From Dehalococcoidia bacterium (GTDB taxonomy: Bacteria; Chloroflexota; Dehalococcoidia; SM23-28-2; RBG-16-64-32), in the NCBI GenBank assembly GCA_040877915.1, contig JBBDNA010000006.1:26993-90992 (forward strand): 64,000 nt of DNA, in the 5' to 3' direction. Made by a program: the position numbers and the translations under genes. Under the pieces are notes generated by a model that made no database searches, had not been told where the DNA came from, and saw only the letters and a program-made list of their open reading frames with translations. Numbering within the stretch: the stretch's first letter is position 1; the number at the start of each line of letters is the position of its first letter. Below, in pieces: positions 19,608 to 27,852 of the stretch.

Positions 19608-20014
19608 CTAGACGATTCCAGTGTTAGCACCGCTGCTCCTCGCCTTCGGGCCGGGGCAGCACGGCCTGCTGATACGCTCCGGCAGGCGGATCAGCAGGCG
19701 GGCGCCGCGGGGCTGTTTGCCTCCCCAGACGACCCCGCGGCGCCCACATCTCCACCCTATCGGGCGCCTTCGGCCACTCGTGCTCCCGCGCATGCGCATG
19801 GAGAAATTGGAACCGCTCGTCCTGAGCCTGTCGAAGGATGAGCGGGCCACGAACACCAGGCGGCAGCTACAGAACAGACATTCGGAGACTGCCGCGCTTG
19901 GACCCACTCGTCGCCCCTCTCCCGCTCGCGGAAGAGGGGCCGGGCGTGAGGGCCCACCCTTGCACTCCGCCGCCGCGCCACGCATGATACGCGTAGACCC
20001 CGCGCTCTGACGCG

Positions 20015-21166
20015 ATGCCGAAACTGCAACTGCCACCCTGGCTGGCCGGCAACCCCCGCCGACAGGCCGTCGCCGGCGGCGCCGGAGTCCTCGCCCTCAT
20101 CCTCATCCTCGCCACCCTCACCGTCGGCGGCGTCTTTTCCGAGAGCTCGGACAGGGTCCTGTCCGTCGTCGCCACGCCGACGCCCACGCCTGCCCCACCC
20201 ACTCCCACCCCCACTCCTACGCCGGCGCCCAGCGAGCCCACGCGGCTGAACGGCCGCCTGGTTTACCCCGAGGAGCTGGCCGCGATCGAGGCCAGGCTGC
20301 CCCTGGCCATAATGTTCGACAACTTCATCGAGGCGCGGCCGCAGCACAACATATCGCAGGCCGACATCGTATTCGAGGTCGTCGCCGAGGGCGGCATCAC
20401 CCGCTTCCTCGGCGTTTTCTGGTCGAACGACCCGGGTCCGGTGCTGGCCGTGCGCTCCGCCCGCGCCTACTACCTGCCCTGGGCGGCCGAGGTGGACGGC
20501 ATCTACGTCCACTGGGGCCGCGCCAAATCTACCAACGCCGCCGCCGACGTTACGTCGACCCTTGAATCGCTGGGCCTGCGCCACTACGACGGCTTCTTCT
20601 CCGGCCCGCCCTACTTCGATCGCGCCCTCGACCGCCTCGGCCCCCACGACGGCATCGCCTACACGGACGCGCTCTGGCAGGCGGCGGAGGGCGACGGCTG
20701 GAGCGGCCCGCCGGAGTTCGAGTCCTGGCCGTTCAAGGACGACGAGCCGCGCGCCGGCGGCGAGGACGCCGCCCCGACTATCGACGTCGGCTTCGGCGGG
20801 CCGTTCTTCTCCGACTACGCCGTCACCTGGACGTACGACGCCGAGACCAACGGCTACGCGCGCAGCCAGGGCGGCTTCGAGCACGTGGACGGGACGACGG
20901 GCGAGACGATAGAGGCTCGCAACGTGGCGGTCATGGTGACGTCCGCCGCCGCCGCCGGCGACGGCACCGCCCACCTGGTGTACGACACCACCGGCAGCGG
21001 CGACGCTGTCGTCTTCCAGGACGGCGTGGCGATCCCCGGCACGTGGGCCAAGGAGGGGCCGTACGCCCGCACCCGCTTCTACGACGCCGCCGGCAACGAG
21101 ATCGCCTTCAACCGCGGCCACACCTGGATCGAAGTGCTCTCCTACGACGATCCTCTCTCGTACTAG
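20015..21166 (+). CDS. DUF3048-family secreted/lipoprotein (YerB-like) with Thr/Pro linker
   Basis: Signal-anchor (VLALILILATLTVGG), a PTPTPAPPTPTPTPTPAP linker, and the DUF3048 core motifs IMFDNFIEARPQHNISQADIVFEVVAEGGITRFLGVF. Confidence 0.6.
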   Translation: MPKLQLPPWLAGNPRRQAVAGGAGVLALILILATLTVGGVFSESSDRVLSVVATPTPTPAPPTPTPTPTPAPSEPTRLNGRLVYPEELAAIEARLPLAIMFDNFIEARPQHNISQADIVFEVVAEGGITRFLGVFWSNDPGPVLAVRSARAYYLPWAAEVDGIYVHWGRAKSTNAAADVTSTLESLGLRHYDGFFSGPPYFDRALDRLGPHDGIAYTDALWQAAEGDGWSGPPEFESWPFKDDEPRAGGEDAAPTIDVGFGGPFFSDYAVTWTYDAETNGYARSQGGFEHVDGTTGETIEARNVAVMVTSAAAAGDGTAHLVYDTTGSGDAVVFQDGVAIPGTWAKEGPYARTRFYDAAGNEIAFNRGHTWIEVLSYDDPLSY

Positions 21167-21488
21167 CCACAGATAGACACAGATTCTACACAGATTAGGT
21201 TCGTGTGGACTCGGTGTCGCTGCTGGTTGATGGCGGTGCAGGGATGCTGAACCTGTGCCCCGTCTGAGTGCATCTGTGGCGATACCTCCTATCCGCTGTC
21301 ATGGCGGGGTGGGAGGGATTCTCTGTGTCTCATCTGTGTGCATCTGTGGCAATTCCGGCGACCCGCTGTCGTAGGCGTCTTGCCACTGTCCACTGTCCAC
21401 TGTCCACTCCCCCGTGTTCCCTGTTCCCTACTCCTTGCTCTTCTCGCCTTCGTGACGCATTTCACCACTAAATGTTGTGTCTCCCCCC

Positions 21489-21517
21489 TTGACAACCCCT
21501 ACATGTAGTGCTATCTT
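21489..21517 (+). promoter_or_regulatory. Putative nrdR promoter with extended -10
   Basis: TTGACA 21489..21494, a 17-nt spacer whose last bases are TGc (21509..21511), then TATCTT at 21512..21517. It lies about 250 nt upstream of nrdR, followed by a GC hairpin (CGCCCCCT-cgctga-AGGGGGCG) at 21525..21546. Confidence 0.4.
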
Positions 21518-21765
21518 TCCTGTTGCGCCCCCTCGCTGAAGGGGGCGAACCGCTTCTGAGAGGCCACGCAGAGTTCTGTAAAGTTGGGCGAATTGATGGA
21601 CGTATCGGCGACCGGGGCGCAGGGTGAGCGCCACCACACCCTGGGGTCTGGCCCCACCGGCTCCGACAACCCGGGGCAGCTACGCCCCGCAGACCGACCC
21701 GCCCCGCTCTCCGCGCGGGCGATCCGCATCGGTCCGGCGCTACCGCCCAGGAAGGCGGCGAAGCC

Positions 21766-22359
21766 GTGAACTGCCCCTTCTGCGCCAGCCCCGACACCCG
21801 CGTCATCGACTCGCGGCCGGACGAAGCGGGCATCCGCCGCCGCCGCGAGTGCCTGGCCTGCGAGCAGCGCTTCACCACTTTCGAGAAGATCGAGCTGGGC
21901 TCCGTCGCCATCGTCAAGAAGGACGACTCGCGCGAGGAGTTCGACCGCGGCAAGATCCTGTCCGGCCTGCGCAAGGCCTGCGACAAGCGGCCCATCCCCT
22001 CCGGCGCCATCGAGGCGATCGCCGATGCCATCGAGCGCGCGGTGTACGCCCAGAACAAGGCCGAGGTCCCCTCGTCCTACATCGGCGAGCTTGTGATGGA
22101 GCGGCTGCGCGAGCTGGACCACATCGCCTACATCCGCTTCGCCTCCGTGTACCGCGCCTTCGCCGACGTTGACGAGCTGGAGCAGGAGCTGGAGGCGCTG
22201 AAGGCGGGCTGGCGCCGCCCCGACGTGCCGCGCGACCAGATGGCGCTGCTGCCGGAGGCCGAGGGCAAGGCGCCGAAGCCGCGGCTGCTGCGCGTGCGCC
22301 GCCAGAAGGACGGTCAGGACGCCCGGAGCCCTAAGGCCCGTCTGGGGAGAGCGCAGTGA
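21766..22359 (+). CDS. nrdR: Transcriptional repressor NrdR (Zn-ribbon + ATP-cone) with ~45-aa C-terminal extension
   Basis: MNCPFCASPDTRVIDSRPDEAGIRRRRECLACEQRFTTFE Zn ribbon, then an ATP cone (VIKKDDSREEFDRGKILSGL...AYIRFASVYRAF). GTG start with a GGAAGG RBS. Confidence 0.9.
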   Translation: MNCPFCASPDTRVIDSRPDEAGIRRRRECLACEQRFTTFEKIELGSVAIVKKDDSREEFDRGKILSGLRKACDKRPIPSGAIEAIADAIERAVYAQNKAEVPSSYIGELVMERLRELDHIAYIRFASVYRAFADVDELEQELEALKAGWRRPDVPRDQMALLPEAEGKAPKPRLLRVRRQKDGQDARSPKARLGRAQ

Positions 22360-22667
22360 CCCAGCCGCCGACCTCGGAGCTGGACGCCCGCATCGAGATG
22401 AAGGCGTTCATCGACCGCTCCCGCGCGCCCTACGCCGAGTGGTACGTGGGGCTGTCCGCCGACCCCCAGACGCGGCTGCACGAGGAGCACGGCGTCCAGG
22501 AGAGCGACTGGTTCATCCACCGCCGCCTGGCCGGCGCCGAGGCGGCCCAGCGCGTCCACGCGTCGCTGGTGGCCCTGGGCTGCGAGGCCGGCGGCGCGGC
22601 GGAGGGCGAGGAGGACGAACCGACCGGCGTGTACGCGTACTGGAAGCGAGGGCACACGACACCATGA
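22356..22667 (+). CDS. Hypothetical protein, translationally coupled to nrdR; possible GIY-YIG-like motif
   Basis: GTG start overlaps the nrdR TGA (GTGA). WYVGLSADPQTRLHEEH resembles the YIG..R.EH half of GIY-YIG nucleases, but the N-terminal GIY half is not clear. Confidence 0.35.
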   Translation: MTQPPTSELDARIEMKAFIDRSRAPYAEWYVGLSADPQTRLHEEHGVQESDWFIHRRLAGAEAAQRVHASLVALGCEAGGAAEGEEDEPTGVYAYWKRGHTTP

Positions 22668-22888
22668 GCATGCTTACCGAGGCGCAGTACGAGGAGTACA
22701 TCGGCCTGCTGAAGGCCTGGGTGGACGCGGAGAAGGCGGGAGGCCCGGACGAGAGCGCGACGCGGGACGCGTACGCCGCCGTGCGCAGCTTCCGCGAGCG
22801 CTACGGCCTCTCGCAGGGGGCGGCGGGGGTGGAGGCGGAGGGGGCGCCGGTACGCGCCGAGTGGCGCCGGGGGGAGGCGGGGGCGTGA
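22664..22888 (+). CDS. Hypothetical small protein (74 aa), translationally coupled (ATGA) to the preceding ORF
   Basis: MSMLTEAQYEEYIGLLKAWVDAEK..., in frame in a GC-rich context. Only coupling and codon periodicity support it. Confidence 0.3.
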   Translation: MSMLTEAQYEEYIGLLKAWVDAEKAGGPDESATRDAYAAVRSFRERYGLSQGAAGVEAEGAPVRAEWRRGEAGA

Positions 22889-22925
22889 GGGGAAATTACA
22901 GACGGGAAGGGTATCCGGAGCTGGT

Positions 22926-23453
22926 GTGATGAGTTCGCACTGTTTCGGCGCCCGCGTCTACGTGATCCGGCACTACGCATTGCGCTGGTCGAGGGACAAG
23001 CTGGCCCGAAAGTTGGTCGAGCGTGGCCATCGGTTACCGCTCGACGATAGTCTAGAACTACGCGAGGTCACGCGCGACGAAATCAAGCGCTGGGAACGCG
23101 GTGAATCCGAACCGTCGTACGTAACAAAGCGGCATGTGGCTATCGTGCTAAGGATACGCCACGAGATTCTGGATCCCGAAGAGCATCCAGGCGACATTTC
23201 GCCTGAGGGTCTCGTAGCCCTCGCCCGAGCTCGCGGACTCACACCTCCGCAGATAAACCAGTATTGGACACTCACGAAGCAGCGTGCGCTATTCAAAGGC
23301 AATCCCGGAATCGGCGAATGGATCTCGATAATCGAACAACTCAGTATTGCAGAGCAGGGCACGCTGTTCACTAGCGGGACTTGGTGCACGCACTGCGGTG
23401 GCTGGATCGAAGACGGCGACGCCGAGTGCCCGGACTGCGGGAACATAGAATGA
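22926..23453 (+). CDS. XRE-family HTH protein with C-terminal CxxC...CxxC zinc ribbon (CapH/DdrO-like candidate)
   Basis: HTH_XRE-like LARKLVERGH...EVTRDEIKRWERGESEPS. The C-terminus carries CTHCGGWIEDGDAECPDCG. Lower GC (~57%) than its flanks. ATGA overlap with the downstream peptidase gene. Confidence 0.55.
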   Translation: MMSSHCFGARVYVIRHYALRWSRDKLARKLVERGHRLPLDDSLELREVTRDEIKRWERGESEPSYVTKRHVAIVLRIRHEILDPEEHPGDISPEGLVALARARGLTPPQINQYWTLTKQRALFKGNPGIGEWISIIEQLSIAEQGTLFTSGTWCTHCGGWIEDGDAECPDCGNIE

Positions 23454-24238
23454 CACAACCCGAACTGCCTCTTCGGAATATGCCAGCGCACCGACCGGCA
23501 AAGGAGGCAGCCCTTGAACGCGCCCGCCAGATCCTGAGGGAATCTGGCATTGACGGACCCCCGGTCGACATCGAGCGCGTGGCCCGTCTAATGGGCACTG
23601 TCGCTGTCGAGGAAGCCAGGCTTGGCGATGTGGCTGCTTGTCTCCTCCCAGGAACGAGAGGCCATACGATTCTGATTAACCGGCGATCACACCCGCTCAG
23701 ACAACGGTTTTCCATAGCACATGAGATCGGTCATCTCATCCTCGGTGCTCGTGGAATTCGTTTCCGAGACATGCGGACGGGACCTGCTGAAAGGTTGTGT
23801 GATGAGCTCGCGGCGGAGCTACTCATGCCCCACGAGATATTTACCCGCGAGATGGACGCCAAGCCGGTATCCCTTGATACCATCTGCGATCTAGCCAACA
23901 CCTTTCAGACGGCGCTAGAGCCTGCCGCTATCCGTTTCGGCGCTCTTGTGTCGGCTCCGGTCCAGGTTGTGTATTGGGAGAAGGTCGAGGATCACCTTCG
24001 CATCAAGTGGACGAATGGAAAGCCAATGCTACCCCGCACTGCCACTATGGGCCTCTTGACCGACCGGGCATTCGGTCCTGCAGAGGCGTTCAATTCCGAT
24101 AGTGAGGAAGGGGTCACGACTTACGCACATTCTTCGCGCTCGAAAAGCCTCGACCTGATCTGCGAATCCAAAGGCTTCAGAGAGCGCCCGTACAGATATG
24201 TTCTGTCTTTGGTTCGCAGGGAAGTAGTGCACGGCTAG
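23450..24238 (+). CDS. ImmA/IrrE-family (COG2856, DUF955) zinc metallopeptidase
   Basis: HExxH motif SIAHEIGHLIL with downstream E (ELLMPHE). Start trimmed to ATG 23450, which overlaps the HTH gene stop. A classic XRE-HTH + ImmA pair. It ends 14 nt before nrdJ. Confidence 0.75.
   Translation: MTQPELPLRNMPAHRPAKEAALERARQILRESGIDGPPVDIERVARLMGTVAVEEARLGDVAACLLPGTRGHTILINRRSHPLRQRFSIAHEIGHLILGARGIRFRDMRTGPAERLCDELAAELLMPHEIFTREMDAKPVSLDTICDLANTFQTALEPAAIRFGALVSAPVQVVYWEKVEDHLRIKWTNGKPMLPRTATMGLLTDRAFGPAEAFNSDSEEGVTTYAHSSRSKSLDLICESKGFRERPYRYVLSLVRREVVHG
24192..24206 (+). promoter_or_regulatory. Palindrome ACAGA-TATGT-TCTGT upstream of nrdJ (candidate NrdR-box-like operator)
   Basis: A perfect 5-bp inverted repeat around an AT-rich core that contains the -10-like TATGTT, about 45 nt upstream of the nrdJ GTG. 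It resembles the ACAC/GTGT-armed NrdR box with one change per arm. Confidence 0.35.
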
Positions 24239-24251
24239 AGGAGGCCAACCA

Positions 24252-27119
24252 GTGACCATCACCCGACCAGACACCCGAACCCGACGACAGGCCAAGAACG
24301 GCGCCCACAAGCCGGCCGCCACCAACGGCAAGCACGCCCCGGCCCTCCGACAGCGCGAGCGGCTCATCCAGCGCCGCTTCACGACGCCGGAGGTCGACCC
24401 CTACGACGCGCTGGCGTGGGAGCTGCGCACCGCCGTCATCCAGGGCTCCGACGGCACGCCCGTTTTCGAGCAGAAGGACGTCGAGTTCCCCGTCGGCTGG
24501 TCGCAGAACGCGACGAACGTCGTCGCCTCCAAGTACTTCCGCGGCCCCCTCAGCGATTCGGCGGCGGCAGCGCCCGGTCGCAACGCGCCCGTGCGCGAGC
24601 GCTCCGTGAAGACGCTGATCGACCGCATCATCGACAACATCACGCGCTGGGGCCGCGAGGGCGGCTACTTCGCCGACGAAGACGAAGCCGCCGCCTTCCG
24701 CGACGAGTTGAAGCACATCCTGGTCAACCAGGTCGCCTGCTTCAACTCGCCCGTCTGGTTCAACCTCGGCATCGAGGAGAAGCCCCAGTGCTCCGCCTGC
24801 TTCATCCTGGCCATCGATGACGAGATGGACAGCATCCTGGAGTGGTACCGCACCGAAGGCAAGATCTTCAAGGGCGGCTCCGGCTCCGGCATCAACCTCT
24901 CGAACCTGCGCTCGTCCAGGGAGCGGCTGACCGCGGGCGGGCTGGCCTCGGGGCCGGTGTCGTTCATGCGCGGGGCGGACGCCATCGCCGGCACGATCAA
25001 GTCCGGCGGCAAGACCCGTCGCGCCGCCAAGATGGTCATCCTCGACGCCGGCCACCCGGACATCGAAGAGTTCATCGACTGCAAGGCGAAGGAGGAGCGC
25101 AAGGCCTACGCCCTGGGCGAGGCCGGCTACGACGTGACGCTGGACGGCGACGCCTGGATCTCCATCCAGTACCAGAACGCCAACAACTCCGTCCGCGTGG
25201 CCGACGACTTCATGCGCGCCTACGAGGAGGACGGCGAGTGGCAGACCCGCTACGTCACCAACGGCGAGCCGGCCAACACCTACCGCGCCCGCGAGCTGAT
25301 GCGTCGCATCGCCCAGGCGGCCTGGGAGTGCGCCGACCCCGGCATGCAGTACCACACCACGATCAACGACTGGCACACCTGCCCCAACACCGGGCCGATC
25401 ACCGCCTCCAACCCCTGCTCCGAGTACATGCACCTCGACAACTCCGCCTGCAACCTGGCCTCGATAAACCTGCTGAAGTTCCTCCGGGAGGAACAAGGGG
25501 AAGCGGAGGGCGGTCCTGTTCCTGGTACCTTGAACCCTGTTCCTGGCGTCGATGTCGGGGCCTACTTCGACATCGACGCCTATAGGCACACCTGCGGGGT
25601 CATGATCACGGCCCAGGAGATCATCGTCTCCAACTCCTCCTACCCGACCGAGAAGATCGCGAAGAACGCGGAGGACTACCGGCAGCTGGGGCTGGGCTAC
25701 TCCAACCTGGGCGCACTGCTGATGTCGCTGGGCACCCCGTACGACTCGGACGAGGGCCGCGCCCTGGCCGCCGCCCTCACCGCCGTCATGACCGGCCAGG
25801 CCTACGCCACCTCCGCCGCCATCGCCGCCCGCGTCGGGCCGTTCAAAGGCTACGAGCTGAACCGCGAGCCAATGCTGCGCGTCATCGAGAAGCACCGCGC
25901 CGCCACGAGCGAGATCGACGATGCGGAGGCCCCCCCTCCGCTCGTGGCGGCGGCCCGCCAGGCCTGGGACGAGGCGCTGGCCCTCGGGCAAGAGTACGGC
26001 TATCGAAACTCGCAGGCGACGGTCCTCGCGCCCACGGGCACGATCAGCTTCATGATGGACTGCGACACGACGGGTATCGAGCCGGATATCGCCCTGATCA
26101 AGTACAAGAACCTGGTCGGCGGCGGCCTGATGAAGATCGTCAACTCCTCGGTGCCGCGCGCCCTGCACGGGCTCGGCTACGACGAACAGGCGTCGGAGGC
26201 CATCCTGGCCCACATAGACGAGACCGGTACCATCGAGGGCGCGCCCGGCCTCCTCGACGAGCACCTCCCGGTGTTCGACTGCGCGTTCAAGCCGCAGAAC
26301 GGCGTGCGCACGGTCCACTGGACGGGTCACGTGCGGATGATGGGCGCGGTGCAGCCGTTCATTTCCGGCGCCATCTCCAAGACCGTCAACCTGCCGGAGG
26401 ATGCCAGCGTCGAGGAGATCGAGGAGGCGTACTACGAGGGCTGGCGGCACGGGCTGAAGGCGCTGGCCATCTACCGCGACGGCTCCAAGCGGGCGCAGGT
26501 CCTGAGCACGAGCAAGGACGGCGACGCGAAGGCCAAGGACGAGCCTGCGGGCCACCCGGTGCGACGCCGCCTCCCGGCGACCCGGACGTCGCTCACCCAC
26601 AAGTTCGCGATCGAGGGGCACGAGGGGTACATCACGGCCGGTCTGTACGAGGACGGCTCGCCGGGCGAGATCTTCGTGACGATGGCCAAAGAGGGGTCGA
26701 CGCTGTCCGGCATGCTGGACGCCTTCGCCACCTCCATCTCGCTGACGCTGCAGTACGGCGTGCCGCTGCACGACATGGTGAACAAGTTCTCGCACATGCG
26801 GTTCGAGCCATCGGGGCGGACGGAGAACGCCGAGATACCGGTGGCCCAGTCGATCGTCGACTACATCTTCCGCTGGCTGGCCTCGCAGTTCATGAGCGAG
26901 GAGGAGAAGGAGCAGTTCGGAGTGCTATCGCCGGCGGTGAAGGCGAAGATGATGGCGGCGGAGTACGGGACGCCCCCGGCGCTGGCCGGCAACGGCGCCA
27001 GCTACAACAACTCGGGGCAGACGGACGCGCCGCCCTGCGCCAGCTGCGGCTGGATCATGGTGCGCTGCGGCACCTGCTACCGCTGCGACAACTGCGGCAC
27101 GACGAGCGGCTGCGGCTAG
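24252..27119 (+). CDS. nrdJ: Class II (adenosylcobalamin-dependent) ribonucleotide reductase, long form (955 aa)
   Basis: Large RNR catalytic core (NSVRVADDFM, LAPTGTISFMMDCDTTGIEP, ISKTVNLP), a C-terminal CASCGW...CGTCYRCDNCG zinc ribbon, no nrdB/nrdF partner, nrdR upstream. GGAGG RBS then GTG. Confidence 0.85.
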   Translation: MTITRPDTRTRRQAKNGAHKPAATNGKHAPALRQRERLIQRRFTTPEVDPYDALAWELRTAVIQGSDGTPVFEQKDVEFPVGWSQNATNVVASKYFRGPLSDSAAAAPGRNAPVRERSVKTLIDRIIDNITRWGREGGYFADEDEAAAFRDELKHILVNQVACFNSPVWFNLGIEEKPQCSACFILAIDDEMDSILEWYRTEGKIFKGGSGSGINLSNLRSSRERLTAGGLASGPVSFMRGADAIAGTIKSGGKTRRAAKMVILDAGHPDIEEFIDCKAKEERKAYALGEAGYDVTLDGDAWISIQYQNANNSVRVADDFMRAYEEDGEWQTRYVTNGEPANTYRARELMRRIAQAAWECADPGMQYHTTINDWHTCPNTGPITASNPCSEYMHLDNSACNLASINLLKFLREEQGEAEGGPVPGTLNPVPGVDVGAYFDIDAYRHTCGVMITAQEIIVSNSSYPTEKIAKNAEDYRQLGLGYSNLGALLMSLGTPYDSDEGRALAAALTAVMTGQAYATSAAIAARVGPFKGYELNREPMLRVIEKHRAATSEIDDAEAPPPLVAAARQAWDEALALGQEYGYRNSQATVLAPTGTISFMMDCDTTGIEPDIALIKYKNLVGGGLMKIVNSSVPRALHGLGYDEQASEAILAHIDETGTIEGAPGLLDEHLPVFDCAFKPQNGVRTVHWTGHVRMMGAVQPFISGAISKTVNLPEDASVEEIEEAYYEGWRHGLKALAIYRDGSKRAQVLSTSKDGDAKAKDEPAGHPVRRRLPATRTSLTHKFAIEGHEGYITAGLYEDGSPGEIFVTMAKEGSTLSGMLDAFATSISLTLQYGVPLHDMVNKFSHMRFEPSGRTENAEIPVAQSIVDYIFRWLASQFMSEEEKEQFGVLSPAVKAKMMAAEYGTPPALAGNGASYNNSGQTDAPPCASCGWIMVRCGTCYRCDNCGTTSGCG

Positions 27120-27148
27120 ATTCGCCAAACCTCCCTTTGGGCGGGAGT

Positions 27149-27185
27149 GGCGCCCCCGGCAGGCGGGCGCCATTTCTGTCTCCGC
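27149..27185 (+). terminator. Putative terminator after nrdJ
   Basis: Imperfect GC inverted repeat GGCGCCC(c)-cggcag-(g)CGGGCGCC followed by ATTTCTGTCT. Sits 30 nt past the nrdJ stop. Confidence 0.35.
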
Positions 27186-27291
27186 TTACTTCGGCTGTAC
27201 CTGAGCCCCTGTAACGATCCCCCATCGCCGGCATCCTCACGTTGTCGCGGCGGGCCGCGTACCGGCACGCCGCACAGACTGGAGGATCCCG

Positions 27292-27852
27292 ATGAAGACA
27301 CTCATGGCACTGGCCCTCGCAGTTGGCGCGCTCATTCTCGTCGCCTGCTCGAGCGAAGGGGGCGGGCCAGCATTCGTCAGAGTGTCTGAAGGCACGTTGA
27401 AGCCCGGAAACGAAATCCCCGCGCCCACAGGTGACCCGGTCGTCACGCTCTCTGGCGAGGTCACACCGAACGTGGGCGACAGCCTGGAATTCGACAGGGA
27501 GACGATTGAGAGCATCGGCCTTATCGAATACACGGTCGACGACCCCTGGGAGAACGCCAGCGTGACCTACACCGGCGTCCTCCTCTCCGATCTGCTGGAG
27601 GTGGCCGGCGCGCCGTCCTCCGCGAGCGCCATCCACCTGGTGGCGCTCGACGATTACGCGGCTGACATCAGCCTGGCCGATGTCGAACGGCTGCCGATAA
27701 TGCTCGCCACCCGCTCCGACGGCGAGTACATGGAGGTCGTGGACGGCGGCCCCACCCGGATCGTCTACCCGTATCACGCCTATCCGGACCTGGAAGACGC
27801 CGCGACGAACGATCTCTGGGTATGGAGCATCGCCCGGATAGAGGTGCCATGA
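27292..27852 (+). CDS. Lipoprotein with molybdopterin-oxidoreductase-like (Oxidored_molyb-fold) domain
   Basis: Lipobox LILVAC-SS, then GVLLSDLLEVAG...ALDDYAADISLADV...LATRSDGEYM...GGPTRIVYPY, the pattern of YedY/sulfite-oxidase-fold periplasmic domains. GGAGG RBS. Confidence 0.5.
   Translation: MKTLMALALAVGALILVACSSEGGGPAFVRVSEGTLKPGNEIPAPTGDPVVTLSGEVTPNVGDSLEFDRETIESIGLIEYTVDDPWENASVTYTGVLLSDLLEVAGAPSSASAIHLVALDDYAADISLADVERLPIMLATRSDGEYMEVVDGGPTRIVYPYHAYPDLEDAATNDLWVWSIARIEVP

Noticed and set aside
19621-20010. 129-aa ORF in the ftsZ - DUF3048 intergenic region
   Set aside because: No RBS, Arg/Pro-rich composition, and overlapped by an equally implausible antisense ORF. The region is treated as non-coding.
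19757-21121. 454-aa minus-strand ORF antisense to the DUF3048 gene
   Set aside because: Arg/Gly/Ala-rich with no start context. The sense strand has a signal peptide plus conserved DUF3048 motifs.
21168-21411. DnaA-box cluster (oriC-like) or CRISPR interpretation of the CACAGAT / CCACTGT repeats
   Set aside because: CACAGAT does not match TTATCCACA. There is no dnaA/dnaN nearby and no AT-rich DUE. The repeats are too short and irregular for CRISPR. No cas genes are present.
24177-26795. 872-aa minus-strand ORF antisense to nrdJ1
   Set aside because: Long GC-artefact ORF. The plus strand encodes a clear RNR catalytic core.
24252-27119. Class I (NrdA) RNR assignment
   Set aside because: No ATP-cone at the N-terminus, no nrdB/nrdF partner, and a C-terminal Cys4 ribbon typical of monomeric/dimeric NrdJ. 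Class II is favoured, but cofactor dependence cannot be proven from sequence alone.
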